Positions 38,471 through 50,612 of a stretch of DNA of 64,000 nucleotides are shown piece by piece. Each line of letters opens with the position of its first letter. The stretch's first letter is position 1. The stretch covers positions 5,145-69,144 of the forward strand of contig NW_021835468.1 in assembly GCF_006345805.1 (NCBI RefSeq), written 5' to 3'. Under the pieces are notes generated by a model. That model did no database searches, was not told the DNA's origin, and saw only the letters and a list, made by a program, of their open reading frames with translations. A program made the translations under genes and the position numbers. Source of the DNA: Octopus sinensis. Taxonomy: Eukaryota.

Positions 38471-38668
38471 AGCGGAGTAAACGCATATGTGAAACAAGGT
38501 GGAAAAAAGAGTACTCAAATACCAGTGGTAGAGTAATATGCTTTATTTAAAGCAGCAGAAAATTCAACAAAACCTGTTACTCTAGCAAAAAACTGTCTGA
38601 TGAACGGCAACGGGAAACTCAGAGTAACAGGTTTTGTTGAATTTTCTGCTGCTTTAAATAAAGTATAT
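38471..38668. mobile_element. PLE-like mini-element as an inverted pair in (AT)n
   Basis: 48-bp arms at 38536-38583 and 38621-38668 (1 mismatch); a hammerhead overlaps the spacer and right arm. Confidence 0.7.
38593..38630 (+). ncRNA. Minimal type I hammerhead ribozyme motif
   Basis: CTGT-CTGATGA-A CG GCAA CG G-GAAA-CTC A GAG-TA-ACAG; predicted cut after GUA (38626); the 10.1-11.1 pair is mismatched. Confidence 0.72.
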
Positions 38669-38709
38669 GTATATATATATATATATATTATATTAAATTA
38701 TATATATAT

Positions 38710-38882
38710 ATATTAAATTAGAGACAAAACCATCCCCTGAATTATATATATATATATATATAATGGGATTAAGTGGTTTTGTCTCTAATTTAATATAATA
38801 TAATATTTTACTATAAAATTGGATTCAATCCTAAATCTGATTTTTCCCTGTAAGTTTGGATTTATTCCCTAATATTTATTAT
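38710..38882. mobile_element. Second inverted-pair mini-element in (AT)n, no visible hammerhead
   Basis: Arms ATATTAAATTAGAGACAAAACCA at 38710-38732 and 38774-38796, plus a one-sided tail. Confidence 0.5.
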
Positions 38883-38962
38883 TATATATATATATATATA
38901 TGCGTGTGTATGTATATATGTGTGCGTGTATATGTGTGTGTATATATGTATGTATGTATGAT

Positions 38963-39945
38963 TGTACTCTACAAGCCTTCTTCTAACAGTTCTGGTTGAT
39001 ATTTGTGAAGTACGTGCCTCATTGAAGTCCACACAGAGCTCCGACTATATTTTTCTCCTGTTTCAGAGTGACTGAGAGATGATCTATCTATCATCTTGAG
39101 GTGATGTAACCTTTTTTTATACTTGTTCTTTGTGTTGTCTTCACATCTTTTGTCTCTCTGAAGCGCTTGAGAGTCGTTTGCACTGCACATCAAGAACAGA
39201 GGCGCAATGGCCCAGTGGTTAGGGCAGCGAACTCACGGTCAAAGGATCGCGGTTTCGATTCCCAGACCGGGCGTTGTAAGTGTTTATTGAGCGAAAACAC
39301 CCAAAGCTCCACGAGGCTCCGGCAGGGGATGGTGGTGATCCCTGCTGTACTCTTTCACCACAACTTTCTCTCACTCTTACTTCTTGTTTCTGTTGTACCT
39401 GTATTTCAAAGGGCCGTCCTTGTCACTCTCTGTGCCACGCTGAATATCCCCGAGAACTACGTTAAGGGTGCACGTGTCTGTGGAGTGCCCAGCCACTTAC
39501 ACGTTAATTTCACGAGCAGGCTGTTCCGTTGATTCGGATCAACCGGAACCCTCGTCGTCGTAACCGACGGAGTGCTTCCATCACATCAAGAACATTTCAT
39601 CTGAGCAATTTGCCTTTGCAACCTTCCATCTTCATGATGAGCTATGATTTGACCTCACTCACACTCACTTAACCCCCTTGTTTTAGGTATTTTACAGTTT
39701 AATAATTGTACCTACAACATATTTTAGCATAAAACTCTGAAATAATCAAGGAAACATAAGTTAATTTTGGACATTGGTCTTACTCATAAATGGTAGCGTA
39801 TATACAGTATAAAAGTAGTAACTGATGCTAAAGGAGGGTCAACCAGATATTAAAACTAATGTGAAATATGCCATAATCTATCTTGTGCACAAGTTTCATT
39901 AACACCAAAACATTGGGGTGGCCTAATACTTTTGGCCAAGGCTGT
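38963..39945 (-). mobile_element. Tc1-like transposon 5' relic
   Basis: TA-CAGCCTTGGCCAAAAGTATTAGG terminus; degenerate DDR...NRR...SEL...ISTRTVRRRL. Confidence 0.7.
39199..39580 (+). mobile_element. SINE family B inserted in the Tc1 relic
   Basis: TSD CACATCAAGAACA at 39186-39198 and 39582-39594. Confidence 0.93.
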
Positions 39946-40572
39946 ATGTGTGTGTGTGTGTGTGGAGGACACCTGTGGTAGAGGTAGACCCAGGAAGACA
40001 TAGGATGAGGTGGTGAAGCATGATCTCCGAACTCTGGGCCTTGCAGAGACAATGACTAGTAACCGAGACCTTTGGTGATATACTTTGCTTGAGAAGACCC
40101 ACCAAGCCAAGTGAAATCATAGTCGTGGCTGATGCAGGTGGTATGTAATTGGCACCCATGCAGGTGTAAATGGCACCTGAGCAGATGTCATGTAAAGAGC
40201 ACCCTTCAAGCGTTGAGTCTCACAGAGGCAAAGGGGTTGAGCTCCTTTCTAATGTTGGGCCTCATAGAACCAACGACCGAGACCTTTGGCATTATGTTGC
40301 ACTTGAGAAGAGGACCCATCATACCAAGTAAAATCAGTTGTAGATACCAGTGTCACACAAATAGCACCCATGATGGTGGCATGTAAAAGCACCCATTACA
40401 CTCTTGGAGTGGTTGGCATTAGGAAGGGTAGGCATCCAGACATAGAAAACCATGCCAAATCAGACTGGAGAATGGTGCAACCTTCAAGCGTGAAGCCTGG
40501 TCAAACCATCCAACCCATGCCAGCATGGGCAACAGACGTTAAATGGTGATGATGATGTGTATATAAATATAT

Positions 40573-40982
40573 GGTGAGCTGGCAGAATTGTTAGCACGCC
40601 GGGTGAAATGCTTAGCGGTATTTTGTCTGCGTTACGTTGTGAGTTCAAATTCCGCCGAGGTCGACTTTGCCTTTCATCCTTTCAGGGTCGATAAATTAAG
40701 TACCAGTTACGCACTGGGGTCGATGTAATCGACTTAATACCTATGTCTGTCCTTGTTTGTCCCCTCTGTGTTTATCCCTTAGTGGGTAATAAAGAAATAG
40801 GTATTTTGTCTGTTGCTATGTTCTGAGTTCAAATTCCGCCGAGGTCGACTTTGCCTTTCATCCTTTTGGGGTCGATAAGTTAAGAACCAGTTACGCACTG
40901 GGGTCAATGTAATCGACTTAATCCATTTGTCTGTCCTTATTTGTCCTCTCTGTGTTTAGCCCCTTGTGGACAATAAAGAAAT
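40573..40982 (+). mobile_element. SINE family C dimer (a copy inserted into a copy)
   Basis: GGTATTTTGTCTG duplicated at 40617-40629 and 40800-40812. Confidence 0.85.
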
Positions 40983-41794
40983 GATAAATATATATACATA
41001 CATACATATATTCTTTTATTTCTTTTTTTTTGTTTCAGTCATTTCCCTGTGGCCATGCTGGAACACTGCCTTGAAGGGATTTTAGTCAAACAAATCATTG
41101 TCAGGACTTACTTTTTTAAAGCCTAGTAGTTATTCCATCGATTTCTTTTGCTGAATCGCTAAGTTATGGGGATGCAAACACACCAACACCAGCTGCCAAA
41201 TGGTGATGGGTGGGGGGAGACAAACACAGACACAAAGACACACACACATATACAAGTAGAGAGGCCTTAAGCCAACAGGTTTGGGAATCTGGTGATACAC
41301 CACAAAGTACCGTAAAGCTAGGCGCTTTATGGATGTGAAACCCAGGGTAACCCCATAAACCTGCCTTATCTGACTTTATTGTGTTCATGCAACTTAGCGG
41401 TTCGGCGAAAGAGACAGATAGAATAAGTACCAGACTTTAAAAAACATAATTCTGCCCTCGGGTGACAACTGTTGGCGAAAACCCCACAAGGCAGTGCCCC
41501 AGCATGGTCGTCGTCCAATGACTGAAACATGCAAAAGGCAAAAGACGTATACATTCTTATATTCGTTTACTTGTTTCAGTTATTTGACTGCGGCCATGCT
41601 GGAGCACTGTTGGCGTGGTTAAATGGTTCAGAAGTTGTTTTCCTAACTACATGGCGTCGGGTTCGGTTCCACAGTGTGACACCAGGTGCGAGCGTCTTCT
41701 ACTCTAGCCCCAGGCAAACCGAGGAGTTGTGCGTGCATTTGGGAGACAGAAACTGTGAGAAGCCTGTCGTGTGTGTGTGTGTGTGCATGTATGT

Positions 41795-42120
41795 GTGAAG
41801 GCACGTGGTTTAGTAGTTATGGTATTCAGCTCACACTCACGAGGTCGTGAGTTCGATTCCCGGAGGCCGTTGTGTCCTTGAGCAAGACACTTTATTTCAC
41901 GATGCTCCGGTCCACTCAGTTGGCAAAAATGAGTTGTACCTGTAATTCCAAAGGGGCTAGCCTTGTCACATTCTGTGTCACACTGAATCTCCCTGAGAAC
42001 TACATTAAGGGTACACATGTCTGTGGAGTACTCAGCCACTTGCACCATTAATTTCACGGGCAGGCTGTTCTGTTGAATGGATCAACTGGAACCCGGGTCG
42101 TCGTAACCGACAGAATGCTA
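41795..42120 (+). mobile_element. Hybrid SINE: family D head/CORE with family B tail
   Basis: The 5' part matches 44049 onward up to AAATGAGTTG; the 3' part matches family B from GTTGTACCTGTA. Confidence 0.8.
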
Positions 42121-42132
42121 GTTTCACATCTA

Positions 42133-42509
42133 TACTCTTTTACTTGTTTCAGTCATTTGACTGCGGCCATGCTGGAGCACCGCCTTTAGTCGAGCGAATC
42201 GATCCCGGGACTTATTCTTTGTAAGCCCAGTACTTATTCTATCGGTCTCTTTTGCCGAACCGCTAAGTAACGGGGACGTAAACACACCAGCATCGGTTGT
42301 CAAGCAATGCGAGGGGAACAAACACAGACACACAAACACACACATATATATATACATATATACGACGGGTTTCTTTCAGTTTCCGTCTACCAAATCCACT
42401 CACAAGGCATTGGTCGGCCCGGGGCTATAGTAGAAGACACTTGCCCAAGGTGCCACGCAGTGGGACTGAACCCCGAACCATGTGGTTGGTTAGCAAGCTA
42501 CTTGCGCCT
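42133..42509 (-). mobile_element. SINE family A
   Basis: Nearly full copy. Confidence 0.9.
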
Positions 42510-42619
42510 ATGTATGTGTATTTTGATTTAATTTTTTTTTTGTTTTTTTGTTTTTCAGCATCAATCTCTAATCAAAACTAAATTAGCCTTAAATAAGCTG
42601 CAAACGAGAAACAGATACT

Positions 42620-43110
42620 TTTCTTTCCGTTTGCCTCTTTACAATTTATCCGTCGAAGAGAAAACGGCGGAGACGAAACAGTTCGTTTACGTTAACATAT
42701 CTCGTTACACAAAACAACAGCCAGTAATTTAAAACAAAAAGTGTTTCTCTTACAATGTCTATATTTTATTACTACAACAAAACCGACAACAAAACTCGAA
42801 GTCTCAGGGGTCTTTCAACAGGAAGAATACGCCATCTTTATTTCGACTTTCTTTTGATGGCGACGACGTCGAGGGCGGACTTGCTTTATTTGTATATTTA
42901 AATACAATCTGTTTAGCTTAGCAAGATCAACAGTGACGATGAACACAATATATAAACATTATATTGATTGCTATTTGAAGTGTAACACCCTGTCATTGCT
43001 TCTAGTTTACCGTCGACGCCATTACGACGCTGTTCCTCTGATATTTCGTATCACCATTCTACATAAACATCGCATGCTGCTCTCAGTGTGTGTCGGTGTT
43101 GTTAGTTGAT
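42620..43110. promoter_or_regulatory. Non-repetitive CpG-rich segment, candidate promoter or enhancer
   Basis: Many retained CpGs; YY1-like CGCCATCTT at 42830, ATGGCG at 42857, GC box GGGCGG at 42873. Confidence 0.3.
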
Positions 43111-43374
43111 ACAGGGGATTTTAGTTAGAGTCTTTCTTTAGTTCTTTTATTATTTCACTTTATGTTATCTTATTTATATCGTATTTTTCTTTCTTTTTTT
43201 TTCTCTGTAGTATAAAAATCAAAAGAAACTTTTATCTTCTGCCCCTCTTTTACTCCAACAAACCTTTTTTCTTCCTCTCTCGACAAAAGAAGGAAAAGAA
43301 TAACATGGCTTCACTTTCTAGATCAATTCCTTTCTATAAATATTCTCCTTAATCCATCATCTTCTCTCTACTAT

Positions 43375-43412
<38 letters not shown>

Positions 43413-43413
43413 A

Positions 43414-43451
43414 CTGTCTGATGAACGGCAACGAGAAACTCGGAGTAACAG
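43414..43451 (+). ncRNA. Minimal type I hammerhead motif (same family as 38593) in a 73-bp unit at 43412-43484
   Basis: CTGT-CTGATGA-A CG GCAA CG A-GAAA-CTC G GAG-TA-ACAG, embedded in (TA)n. Confidence 0.72.
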
Positions 43452-43610
43452 ATTTTGTTGAATTTTCTGCCGCTTTAAATAAAGTATATATATATATATT
43501 TTATGTACACACACATTAAAATACACGCACACATTTAAAGGTATATACAAGCATATACACACGTACATACACGTTTTACATGTATAAATAAATAAGTATA
43601 TATATATTTA

Positions 43611-43654
<44 letters not shown>

Positions 43655-44048
43655 AATTATATATACCATTTACTTTTATCCGTTTCAGTTGTTAGACTAC
43701 GGCCATGCTGGGGCACAGCCTTGAAGAACATCTTTTTTGAAGCCTGGTACTTATTCTATCGGGTCCTTTGCTGAACCGCTAAGTTATGGCAACGTAAACA
43801 CGCCAACACCGGTTGTCAAGCAACGGCGGGCGCCAAACACAAAGCCACACACACATACAAACAGACACAAACGCACAGAAATGTATACCACGGGCTTCTT
43901 TTCGGTTTCCGTCTAATCTACTCACAAGGCTTTGGTCGGCCCGGGGCTATGGTAGAAGACACTTGACCAAGGTGTCACGCAGTGGGAGCGAACCCAAAAC
44001 CATGTGGTTGGGAAGCAAACTTTTTACCACACATACATACGTATGTGT

Positions 44049-44375
44049 GTGAAGATGCATGGCTCAATGGTTAGAACGTCAGGCTCACAATCACAAGGTA
44101 GTAAGTTCGATTCCCAGACCGGGCTGTGTGTTGTATTCTTTGAGCAAGACACTTTATTTCACGTTGCTCCAGTTCACTCAGCTGTAGAAATGAGTTGTGA
44201 CGTCACTGGTGCCAAGCTGTATCGGCCCCTTTGCCTTTCCCTTGGGTAACATCGTGGCATGGAAAGGAGAGGATGCATGGACGACTGCTGGTCTTCTATA
44301 AACAACCTTGCCCGGACTTGGGACTTCTAGGTGCAACCCTATGATCATTCATGACTCAAGGGGGTCTTTACCCTT
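44049..44375 (+). mobile_element. SINE family D
   Basis: Reverse-complement match to 10815-11152. Confidence 0.85.
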
Positions 44376-45619
44376 TTTCATATACATACATGTATGTATA
44401 TGCGTGTAGGTATGTATAATATTCAACCCAGTCAAACACGGCACATGAACATTAAATGATAACGAATGCACACACACACACACACACACAGACATTTGTG
44501 TGCGTGTGCAAATATCCTTTGTTGGTGTACATTTGCAAGGAAACCAAAAGGTCAGCACTCAAGTCCCTTGAGATATTTGTTCCCAAGCAAGTTATAAACA
44601 CTCCCTTGTCCGTCCTTGTTACCAGAGTTACAAGCCAGTGATTGGTCCTCAGGAAATCCTGTTCCCCGATTGCAACATGAAAATAAATAAATTACATAAA
44701 AACAAGCTAAAAAATCTAATATCACCTTCCATTCTCCCGCCTCCTTGTGGAATAACGAAGTCGTGTCAATTAAAAGAACCATCTTTAACAATTAATATAT
44801 CTTTATCGTCCATGTTTCTATCGACATAAACGTTCGTTCGTTTATTTTTCATGTTTGAACTTTTAAAAAATCTTCACAATCGTTATCTTGTTGAAACAAA
44901 ACCATTTAACGTTATCGTCTACATCAGATACCAGCACACAAACACCTGATGGCTAAGTCTATCTTGTCAACAAGCAGTTTTCTCCATCGACTGGCGCCTG
45001 CTTCTCTGCTGTTTCCAAAACACGACTTGCTTGAAATTGCTTTATTTCGTTACAGACGTTTGTTCGTTTTAATTTTTTTTTTTTTTTAAATATCTTTCAT
45101 TTGAAGAGAAGGTTGACATGATAGTTTTTGATCAATATTAAAGTCTGGTTCTATCATGATAAAGAAGGTTAATTGATTGGTCACCAGACTATGGCCGGCT
45201 TACTTCAGTAACAACACATAGCAACTTGTACAATCATCACCATCATTGTCGTCATCGTTATTTTAACGTCCACTTTTCCATGCTTGCATGCGTCGGAAAG
45301 AATTCGCCGAGAGAAATTTTTCTGTGGCCGGACGCCCTTCCTGCCACCAACCCTCGCCTGTTTCCCCATGCTAAGGCACCGAGCTGGCAGAATCATTCCC
45401 ACACTGCGAAAAAATGCTTAGCAGCATTTCGTCCGTCTTCACGATCTGAGTTCAAATTCTGTCGAGTTCGACTTTGCTTTTGGAGCTGATAAAATAAGTA
45501 CCAGTTGAATACTGGGGATCAATGTAATCGACTTACCCTCCCCCACTCGTAATTGCTTGCCTTGTGCCAAAATTATTATTATTATTATTACTATTATTAT
45601 TATCATCATCATTATTATT

Positions 45620-46048
45620 CTGTTGTGTCTGGGGAGTCATTCTCTTTAGTGCCTTATAATATAACACACTCACCGGTAAAATTTCCACTTATTTCTTATT
45701 TTTATTTTCCTAAAATTTTCGTTGCATCTTGCAACCTAGTCAATAGTTTTGACTCTTGGAAACAGCAGAGAAGCAGCCGCCAGTCGATGGAGAAGACCGT
45801 TTGTTGACAAGATAGACTTAGGTGTTTGTGTGCTGGTATCTGATGTAGGCGATAACGTTAATAGTCAAGACTATTGAAAAGGTTGCAAGACGCAACGAAA
45901 ATTTTAGGAAAATAAAAATAAGAAATAAGTGGAAATTTTACCGGTGAGTGTGTTAAATTATAAGGCACTAAAAGAAAATGCGTCTCCCCAGACACAACAG
46001 TATATGCTTCAATACACGAACTCATATAAAGAATCTTGCAAACCAAAT
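45620..46048. mobile_element. PLE-like inverted pair enclosing captured local DNA
   Basis: Arms 45620-45754 and 45863-46000; spacer 45756-45861 is the reverse complement of 44906-45018; hammerhead-like TTGAAAA-G-GTTGC AAGAC GCAAC-GAAA at 45874-45900. Confidence 0.7.
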
Positions 46049-46062
46049 CATTATCATTATTA

Positions 46063-46612
46063 TTGAGTGAGAGAGCAGTTCATGCCATCAAAGTGACACT
46101 GGGGTAAAATATACGAAGCCCAATATACCCAACATGACTACCCGTCTGATAAGGGTACACCAGGCACATGCATCACAACCATATGTGCGCGACATGGTGA
46201 TCTCATAAAAAGATAAACAGCACATGACCTTGCAGGTGGGGCCCAGTTAGAATTTTCTTCAGGTTGAGTAGCTCATCCCACTCAAAAGGTCCCTGAATAA
46301 GGGTTGTTTAAGGATGTTGAAAGAACCACCCATGTTTCCAGAGGTGAATTATTCAAACCCCAAAGAATCCCTCTCAACACATGGCTATGATGCTCCCCCA
46401 CTACTTCTGCTCGTGATCAGAGATGCACATATCGTCAGCCACTAAGGGGCATGCTCAACTGGTTAAGGTCAAGCAACTGACAAGCAAATCTATGGTATTG
46501 AGCAGAATATTTGCTGTAGCCCATCTTTTATACCAAGACAAAACAATGTACATGATAACACTTGCAATCAGTTAAGATCAGAAGCCATGAGAGCCACTAC
46601 CTAGTACTGCAT
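46063..46612 (-). mobile_element. Unclassified repeat in (ATT)n (same family as 34616-35104)
   Basis: Flanked by (ATT)n on both sides. Confidence 0.7.
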
Positions 46613-47854
46613 CATTATTATTATTATTATTTCACGGTCGATAAAATAAGTACCAGTTGAGCACCGGGTTCAATGTAATTGACTTATCCCTCCTCGGAAC
46701 TTGCTGGCCTCGTGCCAAAATTTGAAACCACCACCACCATCAAGGTAGCGAACTGGTAGAGTTGTTTGCACACAGGGCAAAATGCTAAATCTGTTGTTCT
46801 TTTGCTTGTTTCTGTCATTTGACTGCGGCCATGCTGGAGCACTGCCTTTTAGTCGAAGAAACCGACTCTGGGACTTATTCTTTTGTAAGCCTGGTACTTA
46901 TAGTCTGTCGGTCCCTTTGCCAAACCGCTAAGTTACGAGGACGTAAACACACCAACATGGCGGGTGTGATACTGCTTGAATGACAGTGGCACTCGTTTAC
47001 GACTATGATGCAACATCAGGAGGAGGAGGAGGAGGAGACAAACAAATCACACACACATACACACAGATATATATATACACACATACACACATTTGAAAAG
47101 AGACTTGGAGATGTGGCGATTTGCTGTACTTGATAAGACACGGCAAGCAAAGATCAGTTTTCCACACATCACCACCACAATGCCACCACCACCATCACCA
47201 TCACCAACATCACCACCACCATCACACCACCACCATCACCACCACACCACCACCATCACCACTGCCATACCATCACAACCACCACACCACCACCACCATC
47301 ACCAACATCACCACCACCACACCACCACCACCACCATCACCAACACCACCGCCACCATCACACCACCACCACCACCATCACCAACACCGCCACCACCACC
47401 ATCACCACCACCACCACCACCGCCACCACCATCACCAACACCACCACCACCATCCTCATCGTCATCATTATCACCATCATGACGAATATGAAGATGGTGG
47501 TAGAGGTAGCGGTGGTTGCGATGGTGGAGATGATAGTGATGGTGGTAATGATGAAGATGGTGGTGACACTGACAGTGACTCATATTAAAGGGGTACGTAC
47601 CACTGAACTGATGGTTGTCATGTACCAAGTGTGTCCCTGGACCAGAGGTCATCAACCGAGAGGTCAATCCCACCCATTCCATTATCTACCCCCCATCATC
47701 CACCCCCTCGACTTCATATATTATTTGGTGTCTGTTGTTGTTTACCGAAAATGCTGTCTCTGTTACGATGGGGTGGGCATGGTTGGAACACATTCACCTT
47801 ACTATTCCTTAACTCCACACCTCTCAACCACACATCCTCACCATTTTCCCACTC

Positions 47855-49150
47855 CCTCCCTCTCTCTCTCTCTCTCTCCATTCCTTTCTCTGTCTTTTGC
47901 TGTCTCTCTCTTCCTCTCTGTCTCACTTTCTCTTCCTCCTCTTTCCATCTCTCTCTCTCTGTTTCTCTCTCTTTATCTCTGTCTCTCTCTTCCTCTCTCT
48001 GTGTCTCTATCTGTCACTTTGTGTTTCTCTCTTCCTCTTCCTCTCTCCCAGTCTCTCTCTCTTCATCTTCCTCTTTCCATCTCTCTCTCTATCTCTGTGT
48101 CTCTTCTTCTCTATCTCTCTCTCTCCCTATCTTTCTCTTCTCTGTCTCTCTCTCTCTTCTTCTATATCTCTCTCTGTCCCTATCTTTCTCTTCTCTGTCT
48201 GTCTGTCTCTCTCTCTCTATCTCTGTGTCTCTTTTTCTCTATCTCTCTCTCTCCCTATCTTTCTCTTCTCTGTCTGTCTCTCTCTATCTCTCTTCTTCTC
48301 TGTCTCTCTCTCTCCCTATCTTTCTCTTCTCTGTCTGTCTGTCTCTCTCTCTCTATCTCTGTGTCTCTTCTTCTCTATCTCTCTCTCTCCCTATCTTTCT
48401 CTTCTCTGTCCTCTCTCCTCTCTCGTCTCTGTCTCTCCTCTCTCTGTCTCTTCTTCTCTATCTCTCTCTCTCTCTCCCTATCTTTCTCTTCTCTGTCTCT
48501 CTCCTCTCTTCCTCTCTCTCTGCCTCTCTCTTCCTCTCTCTCCTCCCCTCCCCCCCCTCTACTCTCTCTCCCTATCTTTCTCTTCTCTGTCTCTCTCTCC
48601 TCTCTCTCCCTATCTCTGTCTCTCCTCCTCTCTCTCTCTCCTCCCTATCTTTCTCTTCTCTGTCTTCCGTCCTCTCTCCCCCCCTCTCCTCTCTGTCTCT
48701 CTTCTCTGTCTCTCTCTCTGTCCTCTCTCTCTCTTCTTCTTCTCTCTCCTCTCTCTCTCCCTATCTTTCTCTTCTCTGTCTCCTCTCTCTCTCTCCCTAT
48801 CTGTCTCTCTCTGTCCTCTCTCTCCCTCTCTTTATTCTCCTCCTATCTTTCTCTCTCTCTCTTCTGTCTCTCTCTCCTCTCTCTGTCTCTTCTCTCTGTC
48901 TTCTCCTCTCTCTCTCTCTGTCTCTCTCTCTGTCTCTCTCTCCTGTCCTCTCTTCTCTAATCTCTCTCTCTCCCTATCTTTCTCTTCTCTGTCTCTCTTC
49001 TCTCTCTCTCTCCCTATCTTTCTCTTACCTGTCTCTCTCTCTCTCCCTATCTTTCTCTTCTCTGTCTCTCTCTCTCTCTCCCTATTCTCTGTCTCTCTCT
49101 CTCTCTCCCTATCTTTCTCTTCTCTGTCTCTCTCTCTCTCTCTCTTCCCT
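47855..49150. repeat. 1.3-kb polypyrimidine (CT-rich) tract with a recurring CTCCCTATCTTTCTCTTCTCTGTC unit
   Basis: Read directly. Confidence 0.93.
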
Positions 49151-49448
49151 TTCCACCCACAACTTCCTCCATCACTCCTCAACATTGTGTCTAAAATTAA
49201 AATGTGGCAGCAATTGTTTATTGTTTTTCTGGAAACAGGACAAGATGCTGGAAGAACAGATGGAAAAAAAACCCCGTTCACACGTGATGATGCCATCTTC
49301 ACATCACAGCCTATTAAATGCAAACAAATAACAAAAAACTCTGCTTTTAACTTTAAAAATAGACTTAAATACACTCAACATGAGATTAATAGGAGGTGGT
49401 TGACATTGAAGCAGTTTCCAGCATATATATATATAGAAATGGTATAAA

Positions 49449-49481
<33 letters not shown>

Positions 49482-50137
49482 CATACAAAAAGTCGACCTC
49501 GGCAGAATTTGAACTCAGAACGTAAAGGCAGACGTAATATGAATAAGCATTTCGCCCGGCGTGCTAACGTTTCTGCCATCTCACCACACAGCCACACCTG
49601 TGTCTGTAAATTTTCACTTCGATTTTTGTATAAACTGGCATTGCAAGTAGGTACAGAAACAATTGTTATGAACCATTAAAGATACGCGAAAAAATTTCTT
49701 TGTCTCCTTGTTATTTGGATGATATATCAATATATATATATTATCATCATCATCATCGTTTAACGTCTTTTTCCGTGCTAGCATGGGTTGGACGGTTCGA
49801 CCGGGTCTGGGAACAGGAGGATGCAACCAGCTCCAGTCTGATCTGGCAGTGTTTCTACAGCTGGATGCCCTTCCTAACGCCAACCACTCCATGAGTGTAG
49901 TGGGTGCTTTTTATGTGCCAGGGGAGGCTGGCAGTGGCCACGATCAGTTGGTGTTTTTTACGTTCCACCGGCACAGAAGCCAGTCAAGGCAGCGCTGGCA
50001 TCAGCCACATTCGGATGGTGCTTTTTACGTGCCACTGGATATATATATATATATCATTATCATCATTTAACATATATACATACATGCAACCCCCCCCCCA
50101 TATTAATCGATGTATAAAATATTATATATCCATTACG

Positions 50138-50227
50138 GCTGATCTTACCAATTGGTTTCACACTAGGGGTTCAATGGAATGTAAAGTAACAGTCCGATTA
50201 TGTTACCTTGTATTCATCAGAGGTAGC
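50138..50227 (-). ncRNA. Type I hammerhead motif with canonical core and extended stem II
   Basis: Minus strand: GCTACCT-CTGATGA-ATACAAGG..38 nt..CCTAGTGT-GAAA-CCAATTGG-TA-AGATCAGC. Confidence 0.7.
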
Positions 50228-50574
50228 TAAAGGTGAGGGCTGGAGATGCTCAATGTAGAAAATACATAGTGGTATTCAAGTAATTTGAACTTAACTCCCA
50301 CTTCTTTATTGAGGATTAGGTCCATGAGACAAGCGTGACTATAAAGAGAAATCCAGAGGAGTTGAAATGAAGATAATGATGGAGATAAACAAGATTAAAT
50401 ATAGATGAAACTTAGTCATGTTTATCTGCATCACTATCTCTATACACACGTTGTATAATATAATATATATATATTATATATATATTATATATATATATAT
50501 AATATATATATATATTATATATGAAAAAACAAGTAAAAAATAGAAAATGCTAAAATAATTTTATAGTGAACATT

Positions 50575-50612
50575 CAGTACTGGTTTCGGTCATTTTGAGA
50601 CCTTTTCAACTG
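50575..50612 (-). ncRNA. Minimal hammerhead, U3:A8 core variant
   Basis: CAG-TTGAAAA-GGTC TCAAAAT GACC-GAAA-CCAG-TA-CTG. Confidence 0.68.

Noticed and set aside
47479-49447. Longest ORFs in the track (493-566 aa, Ser/Leu-rich)
   Set aside because: They are translations of a CT-rich tract that lacks stop codons by composition.
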